A stretch of 64,000 nucleotides of DNA from Candidatus Woesearchaeota archaeon (GTDB taxonomy: Archaea; Nanobdellota; Nanobdellia; Woesearchaeales; JAZDKJ01): the NCBI GenBank assembly GCA_043803105.1, contig JAZDKJ010000012.1, positions 96,001-160,000 on the forward strand, read 5' to 3'. The translations under genes were made by a program, and so were the position numbers. Below the pieces are notes generated by a model. That model searched no databases and was not told the origin of the DNA. It saw only the letters and a program-made list of their open reading frames with translations. Within the stretch, counting starts at the first letter, position 1. Each line of letters opens with the position of its first letter. Of the stretch, positions 38,494 through 48,775 are shown piece after piece.

Positions 38494-38578
38494 GCTTTTT
38501 AAAACTTTGCTATTTCTGCTACATAAGGGCCTTCTAATTCCATAAAGCATTTAAATCAGGAAATAATCCATGGTCGTG

Positions 38579-39172
38579 ATGGCAAACCGGCTGTGGAAAA
38601 GACTGAAGGCGAAGAAGCAATTGTGGTTGAGCCTTTTCATAGCAGTAATCATGGTCTTTTCAGCCTTTGGTGTCATCTTTTACGGTTTTGCTGATTCATC
38701 TGACATTTATCGCTACAATGGTTATAAGTTTACTCCTACAACTACCGGGTTGTTGGTAAAGGTCCAAGGCAAGCAATTTGTGGTGGGTTCACTGCCGCAG
38801 GACCTTGTCTCAATAAACCTTAGCACTGCAGTTGCCAATCAACTTAGGCAGGTAAAAATGTTGTACCTTACCTATGATCCAAATTCAACCTCTGTGCAGG
38901 ACATTGCTGCTGTAGAGTTCCAGTTGAAATCTGACCTCGCCAACCTGGGGATTTATGCAGCCCCTGCGTTTACAAAGACAAATGAGTTCAATCTGCCTGT
39001 CATCACTTGCTTGAACGCAACCCAATTTGTTCCAGTAATTGAGTTTCGTGATGCAAATAAGACTTCTGCAGCCTTCGATAATGGCTGCATTGTGCTCAAT
39101 GCCGCTTATCTTGATGATTTCTCGCGGTTGAAGGACCGTCTTTTATTGGGTATGCTTGGTGTGATGAACTAA
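38579..39172 (+). CDS. Membrane-anchored hypothetical protein
   Basis: N-terminal TM, Y.YNGY.F, LY.TYDP, Cys pair. Confidence 0.8.
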   Translation: MANRLWKRLKAKKQLWLSLFIAVIMVFSAFGVIFYGFADSSDIYRYNGYKFTPTTTGLLVKVQGKQFVVGSLPQDLVSINLSTAVANQLRQVKMLYLTYDPNSTSVQDIAAVEFQLKSDLANLGIYAAPAFTKTNEFNLPVITCLNATQFVPVIEFRDANKTSAAFDNGCIVLNAAYLDDFSRLKDRLLLGMLGVMN

Positions 39173-39173
39173 A

Positions 39174-39848
39174 ATGGATGCTGAAGAAAGACCTGAGGAA
39201 AAAAAGGGTGGCAAGACTTTCCTTATTGCCCTGGCTATAATTATTGTGGTAGTGGCTGTGCTTCTGCTGGCTATAAAGCAATTCAGGCCGCAGCCGAAGA
39301 CCTTAGACCAGATGCTTGATGATACTCTTAATGGAAAGTTTGGGCCTGACAACTACCTGTACAACAATTATGCCTTTGTCAGGTCTAACGGTTTGTGGGT
39401 CACTCGCTGGCAGAAGAATGGAAATATCTACACCATTCCCTTAAGGTTTGGTCCTCTTGAGCTTGAGAACCTGACAATTGTTGGTGACCTTGATAAGCGC
39501 TTTGACCCGAAGAACTTATACATAACCTTTGATCCGACTGCCGAGCCCCTTGGCTATGTTGCTTTGGGTGCTGCAGAACTTAGTATCAATCTTGCGACAG
39601 CGCTTGATACTGCTCCCATTGCTGCCTGCATTAAGAATGAGACAGTTGCCTGTGCTACGCGCCCTATCGTCTCATGTCAGGACAATGACAAGGCAGTTAT
39701 TTTCATTAGGGAGTCGAATGAGACTGCAGTCATCCTGAATGGCAACTGCATAGTCATCCAAGGTGAGGGCATGAATCTTTTAAAGGCTGTAGATAGAGTT
39801 CTTTACATCTGGTATGGTATAATGCCGCGCGGTATTATACCTCAGTAA
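39174..39848 (+). CDS. Membrane-anchored hypothetical protein, paralog of upstream gene
   Basis: N-terminal TM, YLYNNY.F, LYITFDP, GNCIV. Confidence 0.8.
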   Translation: MDAEERPEEKKGGKTFLIALAIIIVVVAVLLLAIKQFRPQPKTLDQMLDDTLNGKFGPDNYLYNNYAFVRSNGLWVTRWQKNGNIYTIPLRFGPLELENLTIVGDLDKRFDPKNLYITFDPTAEPLGYVALGAAELSINLATALDTAPIAACIKNETVACATRPIVSCQDNDKAVIFIRESNETAVILNGNCIVIQGEGMNLLKAVDRVLYIWYGIMPRGIIPQ

Positions 39849-40191
39849 TTCCTTGTTCTCCTGCAATCGCAAACCTGATTCCGAGGCCCAGCCTTATTAG
39901 GGCAGCGATGATTGCTGTGTGCTCTTTTCCAGTACCCGAGATAATGTTTACTGCCACCTCAAAGTCTGTTATCTTTCCTTGAAGTTTTGCCTGTATCTCT
40001 TCCACCAGCATTCCTATTTCCTTGTTGAAGTCCACAGTTATGATTTCCGTATTTTGCCCTTTTTCGAATTTGCCAGATCCGAATTCGTTTGTTATGATGT
40101 ACACCTTGTCCCAGTTCTCTTGCTTAATCAGTCTATAGACGTGAACCCAGGTGCCTTGTCCAGTTGACACGCAAGCTATTAGTGATGTCAT
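39835..40191 (-). CDS. Small Rossmann-like protein, possible stand-alone CARF domain
   Basis: LIACVSTG.GT, DKVYIIT, VAVNIISGTGK strand/loop pattern. Confidence 0.6.
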   Translation of the reverse strand: MTSLIACVSTGQGTWVHVYRLIKQENWDKVYIITNEFGSGKFEKGQNTEIITVDFNKEIGMLVEEIQAKLQGKITDFEVAVNIISGTGKEHTAIIAALIRLGLGIRFAIAGEQGITEV

Positions 40192-40263
40192 ATCTTAACC
40201 AAATAAAATCCCATATATATACTTTTGTAAACATTTAAAAATATGCGCGCTTTCTATCCTATC

Positions 40264-40833
40264 ATGTTCTTCACAATCCACGAGATGTTTGATATTATTG
40301 TCATGAGCCTGGCTGTTGGCTTTATCTTCTCAGACCTCGCTAGCCGCTTCAAGCCTCAAAAAGATCCTCTGCTGGATCTTTCTAAGGGTTACTTGAACTG
40401 GGATGACCTCAAGTTTTCTGTGTTGGCAACGGCTCCAGCTGTTCTTTTTCATGAATTGTCCCATAAGTTTCTTGCCCTTGGCTATGGAATGCAGGCAACC
40501 TTTAATGCTGCTTATGGATGGCTTGGTCTAGGTGTAATATTGAAGCTCTTGAAGTTTCCATTCATATTTTTTGTTCCAGCCTATATTTCCATCTCAGGCA
40601 ATGGTACTCCCCTTCAGCATGCCTTGATTGCTGTTGCCGGTCCTGCAATGAATGGTTTTTTGTGGCTCTTATCTTTCTTGTTCTTGAAATCAAGGACTTT
40701 CAAGAGGAAATATGATGGCCTGCTTTTTTTGACAGGTAAAATTAATATGTTCCTGTTCATCTTTAACCTGCTGCCGATTCCAGGATTTGACGGCTTCACA
40801 TTTTATACTCGACTGTTTGCTGCATTTTCCTGA
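40264..40833 (+). CDS. M50 family (site-2) membrane metalloprotease
   Basis: HELSH, AGP, FNLLPIPGFDG. Confidence 0.9.
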   Translation: MFFTIHEMFDIIVMSLAVGFIFSDLASRFKPQKDPLLDLSKGYLNWDDLKFSVLATAPAVLFHELSHKFLALGYGMQATFNAAYGWLGLGVILKLLKFPFIFFVPAYISISGNGTPLQHALIAVAGPAMNGFLWLLSFLFLKSRTFKRKYDGLLFLTGKINMFLFIFNLLPIPGFDGFTFYTRLFAAFS

Positions 40834-41981
40834 TGCTACCTGACTACAAGGGCGGAAGTATTGTTAACCTGATGAGTTCGATCTCTCGTGCATTGGGCGC
40901 TAGATCTTCCTATCAGCCGTTGAAAGGCCTGCCCCCTAAAGAGCTCACTGGATTTAGGAACATTGTGCTAATTGTTGTTGATGGTTTAGGTTATGAATAC
41001 CTTGCTTCAATTGGCAGGAAGACAGTGCTCGCAAGTTACCTTAGAGGTCATATAACGACAGTTTTCCCAGCCACCACCACTGCTGCCATCACTACTTTTG
41101 CCACCGGCCTTGCGCCTCAGGAACATGGTTTGACTGGTTGGTTCATGCATGCAAAGGAACTTGGCACAGTTATTATCCCGTTGCAGTTTAGTCCTCGACT
41201 CGGCCCAGTGAGCCTCTCTTCTTTTGGAGTGGACCCAAAAATATTTTTTGATCAAAAACCAATTTTCCCGCGCCTTAAGGCAGATTCCTACGTAATCACG
41301 ACAATGGGAATTGATTCTACTGATTATAACACTGCATTGTTTGGTCATCCCAAAAAGTTGCTGTATAATTCTCTGCCGAATTTTTTCTCACAGATAAGCC
41401 GCGCAGTCCATTTGAGTAACCGTAGAAAGTTTGTCTATGCGTATTGGCCGGATTTTGACCTTATCTGTCATGCAAAGGGCACTAAGAGCCGGGAGTTAAA
41501 GGATCACCTCTTTTATTTCGACCGGCAGTTTGCGCTCTTTCTGCGTTCGATGAAAGACTCCTTGGTTATTGTTACAGCTGATCATGGCATGATTGATGTC
41601 CCGAGCAAAAACCTTTTGCAGCTCAGAGACCACCCTAAGCTTCAGGAAACCTTGACCCTTCCTTTGTGCGGTGAGGCCAGGTGTCCCTTCTGTTATGTTC
41701 ACCCGCATAAGGCCAGGCAATTTGAGAGATATGTGAGGACAAAGCTTGCTAGGTTTTGCAGCTTACATAAGAGTTCTGAGCTTGTTGCAAAGCAAGTCTT
41801 TGGCATCCGAAAGCCCCATCCTAAGCTTTACGATCGGATTGGTGATTATGTGCTGTTGATGAAGGATGGTTTTGCCCTGAAAGATTCCCTCCTGTCAAGA
41901 AAGAGGTATTCACATCCAGGAAGGCACGGGGGTGTAAGCAGCCACGAGATGCTTGTGCCTCTGATAGTGGTTAAGAAATAG
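40833..41981 (+). CDS. Alkaline phosphatase superfamily / nucleotide pyrophosphatase
   Basis: VDGLG, FPATT, D...H, TADHG, HGG. Confidence 0.88.
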   Translation: MLPDYKGGSIVNLMSSISRALGARSSYQPLKGLPPKELTGFRNIVLIVVDGLGYEYLASIGRKTVLASYLRGHITTVFPATTTAAITTFATGLAPQEHGLTGWFMHAKELGTVIIPLQFSPRLGPVSLSSFGVDPKIFFDQKPIFPRLKADSYVITTMGIDSTDYNTALFGHPKKLLYNSLPNFFSQISRAVHLSNRRKFVYAYWPDFDLICHAKGTKSRELKDHLFYFDRQFALFLRSMKDSLVIVTADHGMIDVPSKNLLQLRDHPKLQETLTLPLCGEARCPFCYVHPHKARQFERYVRTKLARFCSLHKSSELVAKQVFGIRKPHPKLYDRIGDYVLLMKDGFALKDSLLSRKRYSHPGRHGGVSSHEMLVPLIVVKK

Positions 41982-42929
41982 CTATTGCTCTTGGCTTGAC
42001 GCGTCCTGTGCTACCGTCAATAGTTCAATTATTTGGGTTTCAGTCATGTTGGTGAATTCGTATACCTCTTCTTCGCTCATTTTCCAGAGTTTCTTCCACC
42101 CAGTGTCTGTGCTAAGGAAATCCACTTGATTGGCTCCTTGTTTTATTGCGTTCTTGATATGCTCTAAGGTCATCAGTTTGCCTATATTGGACGCTGCTAT
42201 GTTGTTTCCACCCATAAGGACATTGTAGTTGCTGTTGTATAGCACTGCAACCTCTACCGCTTCCACGATTCCGTTTGCCTCAATACTGAGCATATGCAGT
42301 TCTCCTCTTTCCTTTGCAGTGTTTACAAGCCTTCTGAATCCGTCGATAAATAGTTTTTCCGCAAAGAAGGATTCGTCTCCGAACCTTAGCTTGTTTAGCT
42401 CAGCCATCCTTTCATAATCGCTCAGCCTGTTGTGATGAATCTGGTAGCCTTGCCTATGCAGTTGTTCCATGTCCCTCCTAAGGTTCTTCCTGTGCTTGCT
42501 CGAAAACGCTGCAAGGTATCCTTCCAGGGAATGGCCGCACTTATCGAGTTCTATGAAATATCTGCTGTCAGATTGTTTCATCTCTGCATGCTTCGCCTCT
42601 GTGCCTTCGATGTATGACAGGCAGGTCCTTTCCGGAATCTCATTCAAGAACAATGGAATATTCGCTTTGTCTTTCACAAAGAACTTGTTTCTCTCGGTGA
42701 AATAGCCGCCGAAGAATTCGAACCAGTTCTCATTGATCACTCTCCATAAGGGTAGTATTCCCTCAATCTCCATACCCTCCCTTCCGACTATGAAGTATGG
42801 CTCATAGTGTTTCTCATCAAACAGGCAGCACCTATACTCCCATTTGTCGAAAAGTGTCTCTGCTGCCGAGTTCTCTTCCCAGAGTTTTCTGCACTCTTCG
42901 ATGTCCTTAATAATAGAAAATGTTATCAT
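41982..42929 (-). CDS. GNAT-family acetyltransferase (CelD/FemAB-like fold)
   Basis: YL..FSSKHRKNLRR, DFL....WK..W pattern. Confidence 0.7.
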   Translation of the reverse strand: MITFSIIKDIEECRKLWEENSAAETLFDKWEYRCCLFDEKHYEPYFIVGREGMEIEGILPLWRVINENWFEFFGGYFTERNKFFVKDKANIPLFLNEIPERTCLSYIEGTEAKHAEMKQSDSRYFIELDKCGHSLEGYLAAFSSKHRKNLRRDMEQLHRQGYQIHHNRLSDYERMAELNKLRFGDESFFAEKLFIDGFRRLVNTAKERGELHMLSIEANGIVEAVEVAVLYNSNYNVLMGGNNIAASNIGKLMTLEHIKNAIKQGANQVDFLSTDTGWKKLWKMSEEEVYEFTNMTETQIIELLTVAQDASSQEQ

Positions 42930-43039
42930 TGAGTTAAGCTCGTTGATTGCGCCTCATTTAAAAAGTTATGCAATCAACAATGTTGCTACAAATTTTTTTT
43001 GGCCCATAAATTTATATATCGCCTCAATTGTTCGAAATC

Positions 43040-44659
43040 GTGCACCAAACAAAATATGTTGTTGTGACAGGCGGGGTTATTTCTGGTCTTGGCAAGGGCA
43101 TTTGCGCTGCTTCGATTGCCTCCTTGCTTCAAGCGCAGGGTTTGGCTGTATCTGTTGTGAAGATTGATCCCTATATTAATCTCGACGCCGGGACAATGCG
43201 GCCCACTGAGCACGGCGAGGTTTTTGTCACAGATGATGGCGGTGAGACTGATCAGGACTTGGGAAACTATGAGCGCTTCCTTGACAAGTCGTTCACAAAG
43301 CTGCATAACATAACTACCGGCCAGGTTTATGAGTCTGTCATTCACAGGGAAAGGAACCTTGAGTATAACGGCAAGTGCGTTGAGGTGATTCCTCATATTC
43401 CGCTTGAGGTCCAATCGCGTATCAAGGAGTTGGCTTCAAAGGATAAGGCTGATGTTATGATGATTGAGGTTGGCGGAACTATTGGTGATTATCAAAGTGT
43501 TTTATTTCTGGAGGCCATGCGCGAGATGAAGCGTGAGAGCAACAACATGGTTTTTGTCCATGTTGTTTACCTTCCTATTCCTTCAAATATTGGTGAGATG
43601 AAGACAAAGCCTGCACAGCATTCTGTCCGAGACCTTATGGCTTCCGGAATTCAGCCTGATTTCATCGTTGGCAGGTCTGAGAAACCTATTGACGAGATAA
43701 GGAAGGACAAGCTTGCCTTGTTTTGCAATGTGAAAAAAGCAGACATTGTTTCCTCGCCAGATGTTGACTCTATCTATAGGGTGCCCCTTGTTTTTGAAGC
43801 GCAGGGTTTCACGAAAAATCTTCTTGCGAAGCTTGGCCTTCCATACAAACCCAATAAGCTTGGCATCTGGCCCAATCTATCTCATAAGATTGCTGATGCG
43901 AAGGAAATCGTAAAGATTGGTATTGTGGGCAAGTACTTCGATATCGGTGACTTTGTGCTTGAGGACTCCTACATCTCTGTTATTGAATCAATCAGGCATG
44001 CTTGTTTTTCCTGTGGCGCCAAGCCGCAGATCTGCTGGATCGACTCCAAGGCTCTTGAGTCTGGCACCTCTTCGCTTTCTGGCTTTGATGCCATTATTGT
44101 TCCTGGAGGCTTTGGCAGTTCTGGTGTAGAAGGTAAGATTAATGCCATCCGCTTTTGTCGTGAGCAAAAAATTCCTTTCCTTGGCCTCTGCTATGGTCTT
44201 CAGCTTGCAGTAGTTGAGTTTGCGCGTAATGTTTGTGGTTTAAAGGATGCCCATACCACTGAGATAAATCCGAAAACCAAGCATCCTGTTGTCGCCATTC
44301 TGCCAGACCAAGTCAAGCATATTCAATCCTCAAATTATGGCGGCACCATGCGGCTCGGCGCGTTTCCTGCAAAATTAAAAAAAGGCTCTCTTGTTCATTC
44401 TCTTTACAAGTCTGATCTTGTCTCAGAGCGTCACAGGCATCGTTATGAGGTAAATCCTGATTATGTTGTGGCTCTAGAAAAGCAGGGCCTTGTTTTTTCG
44501 GGAACCTCTCCTGACCATAGGTTGATGGAATTCCTCGAACTTCCCAATCATCCCTTCTTTGTTGCCACCCAGGCGCATCCTGAGTTCAAGTCAAGGCCGA
44601 TGCGTCCGAGCCCATGCTTTTTTGGCTTGATTAAGGCTGCTTTAGCGAGGAAAACGTAA
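43040..44659 (+). CDS. pyrG: CTP synthase
   Basis: TGGVISGLGKG, KTKP.QHSV, GLCYG, ERHRHRYE, QAHPE; GTG start 22 nt after TATA. Confidence 0.97.
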   Translation: MHQTKYVVVTGGVISGLGKGICAASIASLLQAQGLAVSVVKIDPYINLDAGTMRPTEHGEVFVTDDGGETDQDLGNYERFLDKSFTKLHNITTGQVYESVIHRERNLEYNGKCVEVIPHIPLEVQSRIKELASKDKADVMMIEVGGTIGDYQSVLFLEAMREMKRESNNMVFVHVVYLPIPSNIGEMKTKPAQHSVRDLMASGIQPDFIVGRSEKPIDEIRKDKLALFCNVKKADIVSSPDVDSIYRVPLVFEAQGFTKNLLAKLGLPYKPNKLGIWPNLSHKIADAKEIVKIGIVGKYFDIGDFVLEDSYISVIESIRHACFSCGAKPQICWIDSKALESGTSSLSGFDAIIVPGGFGSSGVEGKINAIRFCREQKIPFLGLCYGLQLAVVEFARNVCGLKDAHTTEINPKTKHPVVAILPDQVKHIQSSNYGGTMRLGAFPAKLKKGSLVHSLYKSDLVSERHRHRYEVNPDYVVALEKQGLVFSGTSPDHRLMEFLELPNHPFFVATQAHPEFKSRPMRPSPCFFGLIKAALARKT

Positions 44660-44699
44660 ATCCGTAACCTTTATTAATTAACCACTGTTTCAGCCACCT

Positions 44700-45638
44700 A
44701 TGGTTGAGGAATCAAAGGAACGGCACCCTTTTTTAACAAAAGTTGAGCGCTTCTTTGACAAGAACTACAAGAGACTTGTGATTATTACTCAGGTTATGTT
44801 GGTTCTGGCTATTCTTCAGATTGGTTTCCAGGTTGTTCACACCGGTGATTTCATCAACAAGGGTATAAGCCTGAAGGGAGGAGTGACTCTTACTTTTGCT
44901 GATAACCAGAATATTGATACGAACGCTTTACTCAGAAGTTTGAAGCAGTCGTTTCCCAATAATGATATTAATGTTAGGACCCTCTCCCAGGCAGGCCAGC
45001 CTTCCGGAATTGTTGTTGAGGCAGATTTTAGTATAAATGATAAGGCTTCTGTTGACAAGATACTTGGTTTGGTTCAGCAATTCTATGGCAAGGAGCTAAA
45101 AGACTACAGCGTTGAAAATATTAGCTCTTCTCTCTCCACCGGTTTCTTCTCCCAGGTTGTTTTTGCCCTTATCTTGGCTTTCATTTTCATGGGTATTGTT
45201 GTTGTTGTGACCTTCCGCACAGCTGTTCCAAGCTTTGCTGTCATCCTCTGCGGTTTTTCTGATATTATTGAGACCATAGCTGTTGTAAACCTGACTGGCA
45301 TGAAGCTTGGCACCGCCTCCATTGCAGCTTTCCTTATGCTCATTGGTTATTCTGTAGATACTGATATTCTTCTTACTACAAAGGTCATAAAGCAAAAAGG
45401 CGGCGCAGTGATCGATCGTGTTTGGCGCGCCACAAAGACAGGTCTAACAATGACAATGACAACCGTTGGCGCAGTTCTTGTCGGCCTGTTTTTCACCCAA
45501 TCAGATTCAATCAGGCAAATCATGATAATAATCATTATAGGTCTCGTAATTGACATGTTCAACACCTGGATCCAGAACGTAGCAATCCTGCGCTGGTACG
45601 AGGAAAGGAAGGAGAACAAGCATGAATCCAAAGTTTAG
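44700..45638 (+). CDS. secF: Protein translocase subunit SecF
   Basis: GI.LKGG, LMLIGYSVDTDILLT. Confidence 0.93.
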   Translation: MVEESKERHPFLTKVERFFDKNYKRLVIITQVMLVLAILQIGFQVVHTGDFINKGISLKGGVTLTFADNQNIDTNALLRSLKQSFPNNDINVRTLSQAGQPSGIVVEADFSINDKASVDKILGLVQQFYGKELKDYSVENISSSLSTGFFSQVVFALILAFIFMGIVVVVTFRTAVPSFAVILCGFSDIIETIAVVNLTGMKLGTASIAAFLMLIGYSVDTDILLTTKVIKQKGGAVIDRVWRATKTGLTMTMTTVGAVLVGLFFTQSDSIRQIMIIIIIGLVIDMFNTWIQNVAILRWYEERKENKHESKV

Positions 45639-47376
45639 GAAGCTTTTCACCAACGTGAGGGTTATCATTCTAGTCGCATTCCTCTTGTTTGCAATTATTG
45701 CCATTCATCCTTCTCCAAATGTCAAGGGTGTTGCGATAAGGACAGTTACTTACAACAGTTCTGCGAATCTGGCAGGGATGGTTAATCCTAAGCCAAACAC
45801 TGCTCCACTGAGCAGGGAGCGCATTCTTTCAGTGAACGGTATCGAGGTCAACACTGTTGCTGATTACTTCAATAAGATTGCCCTGCTTCAGCCAGGCCAG
45901 CTTGTTGATATTGTTACAACCAAAGGCTCTTACAGTCTTGTTGTCAAGGAGAATACAAAGATTATCACTTTGAATTCTACTGTTCCGAAGGTTATCAAAG
46001 AGATATATTTGGTGAATGAGACTGTTGGCAATGTTACCAAAGAGGTTAACAAGACAGTGTCAAGGACTGTTCAGGTTCCTAAGACTGAAGTTGTCTCTCT
46101 AGGTTCTCAGGACCTCGGTCTTAAGGTCTATCAGGCCCCTACCACAAACATCAGAAAAGGTCTAGATCTTCAGGGAGGCACTCGAGTTCTTCTTGAGCCT
46201 GCAGAGAGGCTTTCATCTGACCAGCTTAGCATACTCCTGGCCAATATGGAGCAGCGCTTAAACGTTTTCGGCCTGAGCGATATAACTATCAGGGCTGCTG
46301 ACGATCTCTCCGGAAAGCAGTTTATTATTGTTGAGATTGCCGGCGCTAACGAAGAAGAGGTAAAGGATCTCCTTGCAAAGCAGGGCAAGTTTGAGGCAAA
46401 GATTGGCAACCAGACTGTGTTCAGCGGTGGCTCAAGGGATATCACTTATGTTTGCCGGTCTTCTGATTGTGCTGGTATTGACCCTCAGACAGGATGCGGT
46501 CCTGTGCAGACTGGTTATGCCTGCAGTTTCCGTTTCTCTATTGCGTTGAAGCCTGAGGCTGCACAGCGTCAGGCAGATATCACCTCAAAGCTTAAGGTTG
46601 TCGCGCGCGACCAGTCCGGTCAAGCCCTCTCAAAAGACAACCAGTACCTTAATGAGACCATCGATCTTTTCCTGGACAATCAGAAAGTTGACACCCTAAA
46701 CATTGGTGCTGACCTGAAGGGTAGGGCAGTCACAGATATTGCCATTTCAGGCAGCGGCGTTGGGGCCACCCAACAGGAAGCATTGCAGAACAGCCTTGAT
46801 AACATGAAGAGGCTTCAGACTATCATAGTTACAGGAAGCCTTCCTGTCAAGCTTAACATTGTCAAGACAGATTCCCTCTCTGCAGTCTTAGGTGAGCAGT
46901 TCATCAAGAACTCCTTGCTGGTTGGTGTTCTTGCTATCTTCGCAGTTGCCCTGGTTATCTTTATTCGCTACCACAAATTTTCTGTTTCCATCCCGATACT
47001 TATTTTCATGTTTTCCGAGATAACCTTGCTGCTTGGTTTTGCAGCCCTCATCGGCTGGAACCTTGATCTTGCTGCCATCGCAGGCATTATCATCTCAATT
47101 GGCAGTGGTGTTGACCACGCTGTTATCATCACTGACGAGCTATTTGCCGGTGAGCTAGGCTCCCAGTCCACCAATTGGCGTCAGAGAATCAAGAATGCAT
47201 TTTTCATAGTATTTTCTTCCTACGCAACCGTCGTGGTTGCCATGATTCCGCTTTACTATGCAGGAGCTGGGATGCTGAAGGGTTTTGCGATTACGACAAT
47301 AATGGGTCTAAGCTTCGGTGTGTTTGTTACAAGGCCAGCCTTTGCAGCCTTGGTTGAGATTTTTTTAAAAGAGTAG
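45622..47376 (+). CDS. secD: Protein translocase subunit SecD with N-terminal PDZ-like insert
   Basis: GLDLQGG, RLN.FGL, GSLP, G.GVD..VIITDE. Confidence 0.93.
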   Translation: MNPKFRKLFTNVRVIILVAFLLFAIIAIHPSPNVKGVAIRTVTYNSSANLAGMVNPKPNTAPLSRERILSVNGIEVNTVADYFNKIALLQPGQLVDIVTTKGSYSLVVKENTKIITLNSTVPKVIKEIYLVNETVGNVTKEVNKTVSRTVQVPKTEVVSLGSQDLGLKVYQAPTTNIRKGLDLQGGTRVLLEPAERLSSDQLSILLANMEQRLNVFGLSDITIRAADDLSGKQFIIVEIAGANEEEVKDLLAKQGKFEAKIGNQTVFSGGSRDITYVCRSSDCAGIDPQTGCGPVQTGYACSFRFSIALKPEAAQRQADITSKLKVVARDQSGQALSKDNQYLNETIDLFLDNQKVDTLNIGADLKGRAVTDIAISGSGVGATQQEALQNSLDNMKRLQTIIVTGSLPVKLNIVKTDSLSAVLGEQFIKNSLLVGVLAIFAVALVIFIRYHKFSVSIPILIFMFSEITLLLGFAALIGWNLDLAAIAGIIISIGSGVDHAVIITDELFAGELGSQSTNWRQRIKNAFFIVFSSYATVVVAMIPLYYAGAGMLKGFAITTIMGLSFGVFVTRPAFAALVEIFLKE

Positions 47377-47386
47377 GTGACAAAAA

Positions 47387-47755
47387 TTGGCTAAGTGGTG
47401 GGCTTTTGCCTTGATGTTTCTTTGCACTTTGTTTACCTCTTTTGCCCAATTATTTTATAAGAAGGGTGCCTTGGCTCTCTCACCAAGCGTTGAAGGCATT
47501 TTGTTCAATACGTTTCTCTTGATTGGCATTTGCCTTTATGTTGTGGGTGCTTTCCTTATGCTTGCTGCCCTGCGCGGTGGTGAGCTTTCTGTGCTTTATC
47601 CTATTATTGCAACGAGTTTTATTTGGGTTAGTTTGATCTCTGCTTTTTTCCTTGGCGAGTCTATGAATATCTTGAAATGGTTTGGTGTCGCCTCAATAAT
47701 TTTTGGCATCAGCCTTATTGGGTTTGGAAGTGGAGGTGCTGCTAATGCCAGCTGA
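47387..47755 (+). CDS. EamA/SMR-like 4-TM transporter subunit
   Basis: Four TMs, ELSVLYP. Confidence 0.82.
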   Translation: MAKWWAFALMFLCTLFTSFAQLFYKKGALALSPSVEGILFNTFLLIGICLYVVGAFLMLAALRGGELSVLYPIIATSFIWVSLISAFFLGESMNILKWFGVASIIFGISLIGFGSGGAANAS

Positions 47756-48098
47756 GCCCTGGGCTATCGGTTTGGTGTTGCTTGCGACAATTGTAGGTGC
47801 CTTTGGTCCTGTCTTTATGAAAAAGGCTTCAGGCAGGATGAAGTTTTCTCTCAAGTCTCTGCTGACCAACCATTACCTTATTCTTGGCTTCCTTCTCTAT
47901 GGATTATCCACTGTCCTTTTTGTGCCTGCGCTTAAGGGCGGTGATCTCTCTGTAATCTACCCCATCGTTTCAGTTACTTACGTTTGGGTCAGCCTCCTCT
48001 CCATACATTATCTTAAGGAGAAGATGAGCGTCTGGAAATGGGCTGGCATTTTTTTTGTCTTGTTAGGGGTTGTCCTGATAACCTTGGGGCGTGCCTGA
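47745..48098 (+). CDS. EamA/SMR-like 4-TM transporter subunit (paralog)
   Basis: DLSVIYP; SD GGAGGTG before ATG 47745. Confidence 0.82.
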   Translation: MPAEPWAIGLVLLATIVGAFGPVFMKKASGRMKFSLKSLLTNHYLILGFLLYGLSTVLFVPALKGGDLSVIYPIVSVTYVWVSLLSIHYLKEKMSVWKWAGIFFVLLGVVLITLGRA

Positions 48099-48099
48099 T

Positions 48100-48774
48100 A
48101 TGAAGCGCTTTGTGATATCTCTTGGTGGCTCGCTGATAGTGCCCTCAAATATTGATGTTGCTTTTCTGCGTGCATTTAGAGTTCTCATTGTAAGCTTTAT
48201 CAAGAGAGGCTATGCTTTTGTTATTGTCTGCGGCGGTGGTAAGGTCTGTCGTGACTACCAGGCTGCTGCGCGAAAGATCACCAAGGTCACAGGAGTTGAC
48301 CTTGATTGGGTGGGCATTTCTTCCACACTTCTTAATGCCGAGCTTGTGCGCTCGATTTTTGGCAAGATTGCTTTCAGTCATGCGATTCTTAACCCTGAAA
48401 AGCGTCTGCTAACCGACAAGAAGCTGGTTGTGGCAGGCGGTTTTGAGCCTGGCTGGTCCTCAGACATGGACTCTGTGCTTTTTGCAGAGCAGTTTAAGGC
48501 TGATACAATAATCAATCTGTCAAATATTGACTATGTCTATGACAAGGACCCTAACAAAGACAAGAACGCTAGGCCACTGGAAAGGCTTTCTTGGCAAGAG
48601 TTTACTAAGATATTTGGGAGAAGGTGGACCCCTGGGCTGAACTCTCCCTTTGATCCAATTGCAGCCCTTAAGGCAAGGCAGCTGAAGCTAAAGGCAGTTA
48701 TCATGGGTTCTGACTTGAAAAACCTAAAAGGTTATCTTGATGGCAAGCCTTTCAAGGGCACAATTATAGAATAG
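48100..48774 (+). CDS. pyrH: UMP kinase
   Basis: SLGGS, GGG, D..GI, VYDKDP, PFDP. Confidence 0.93.
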   Translation: MKRFVISLGGSLIVPSNIDVAFLRAFRVLIVSFIKRGYAFVIVCGGGKVCRDYQAAARKITKVTGVDLDWVGISSTLLNAELVRSIFGKIAFSHAILNPEKRLLTDKKLVVAGGFEPGWSSDMDSVLFAEQFKADTIINLSNIDYVYDKDPNKDKNARPLERLSWQEFTKIFGRRWTPGLNSPFDPIAALKARQLKLKAVIMGSDLKNLKGYLDGKPFKGTIIE

Positions 48775-48775
48775 G

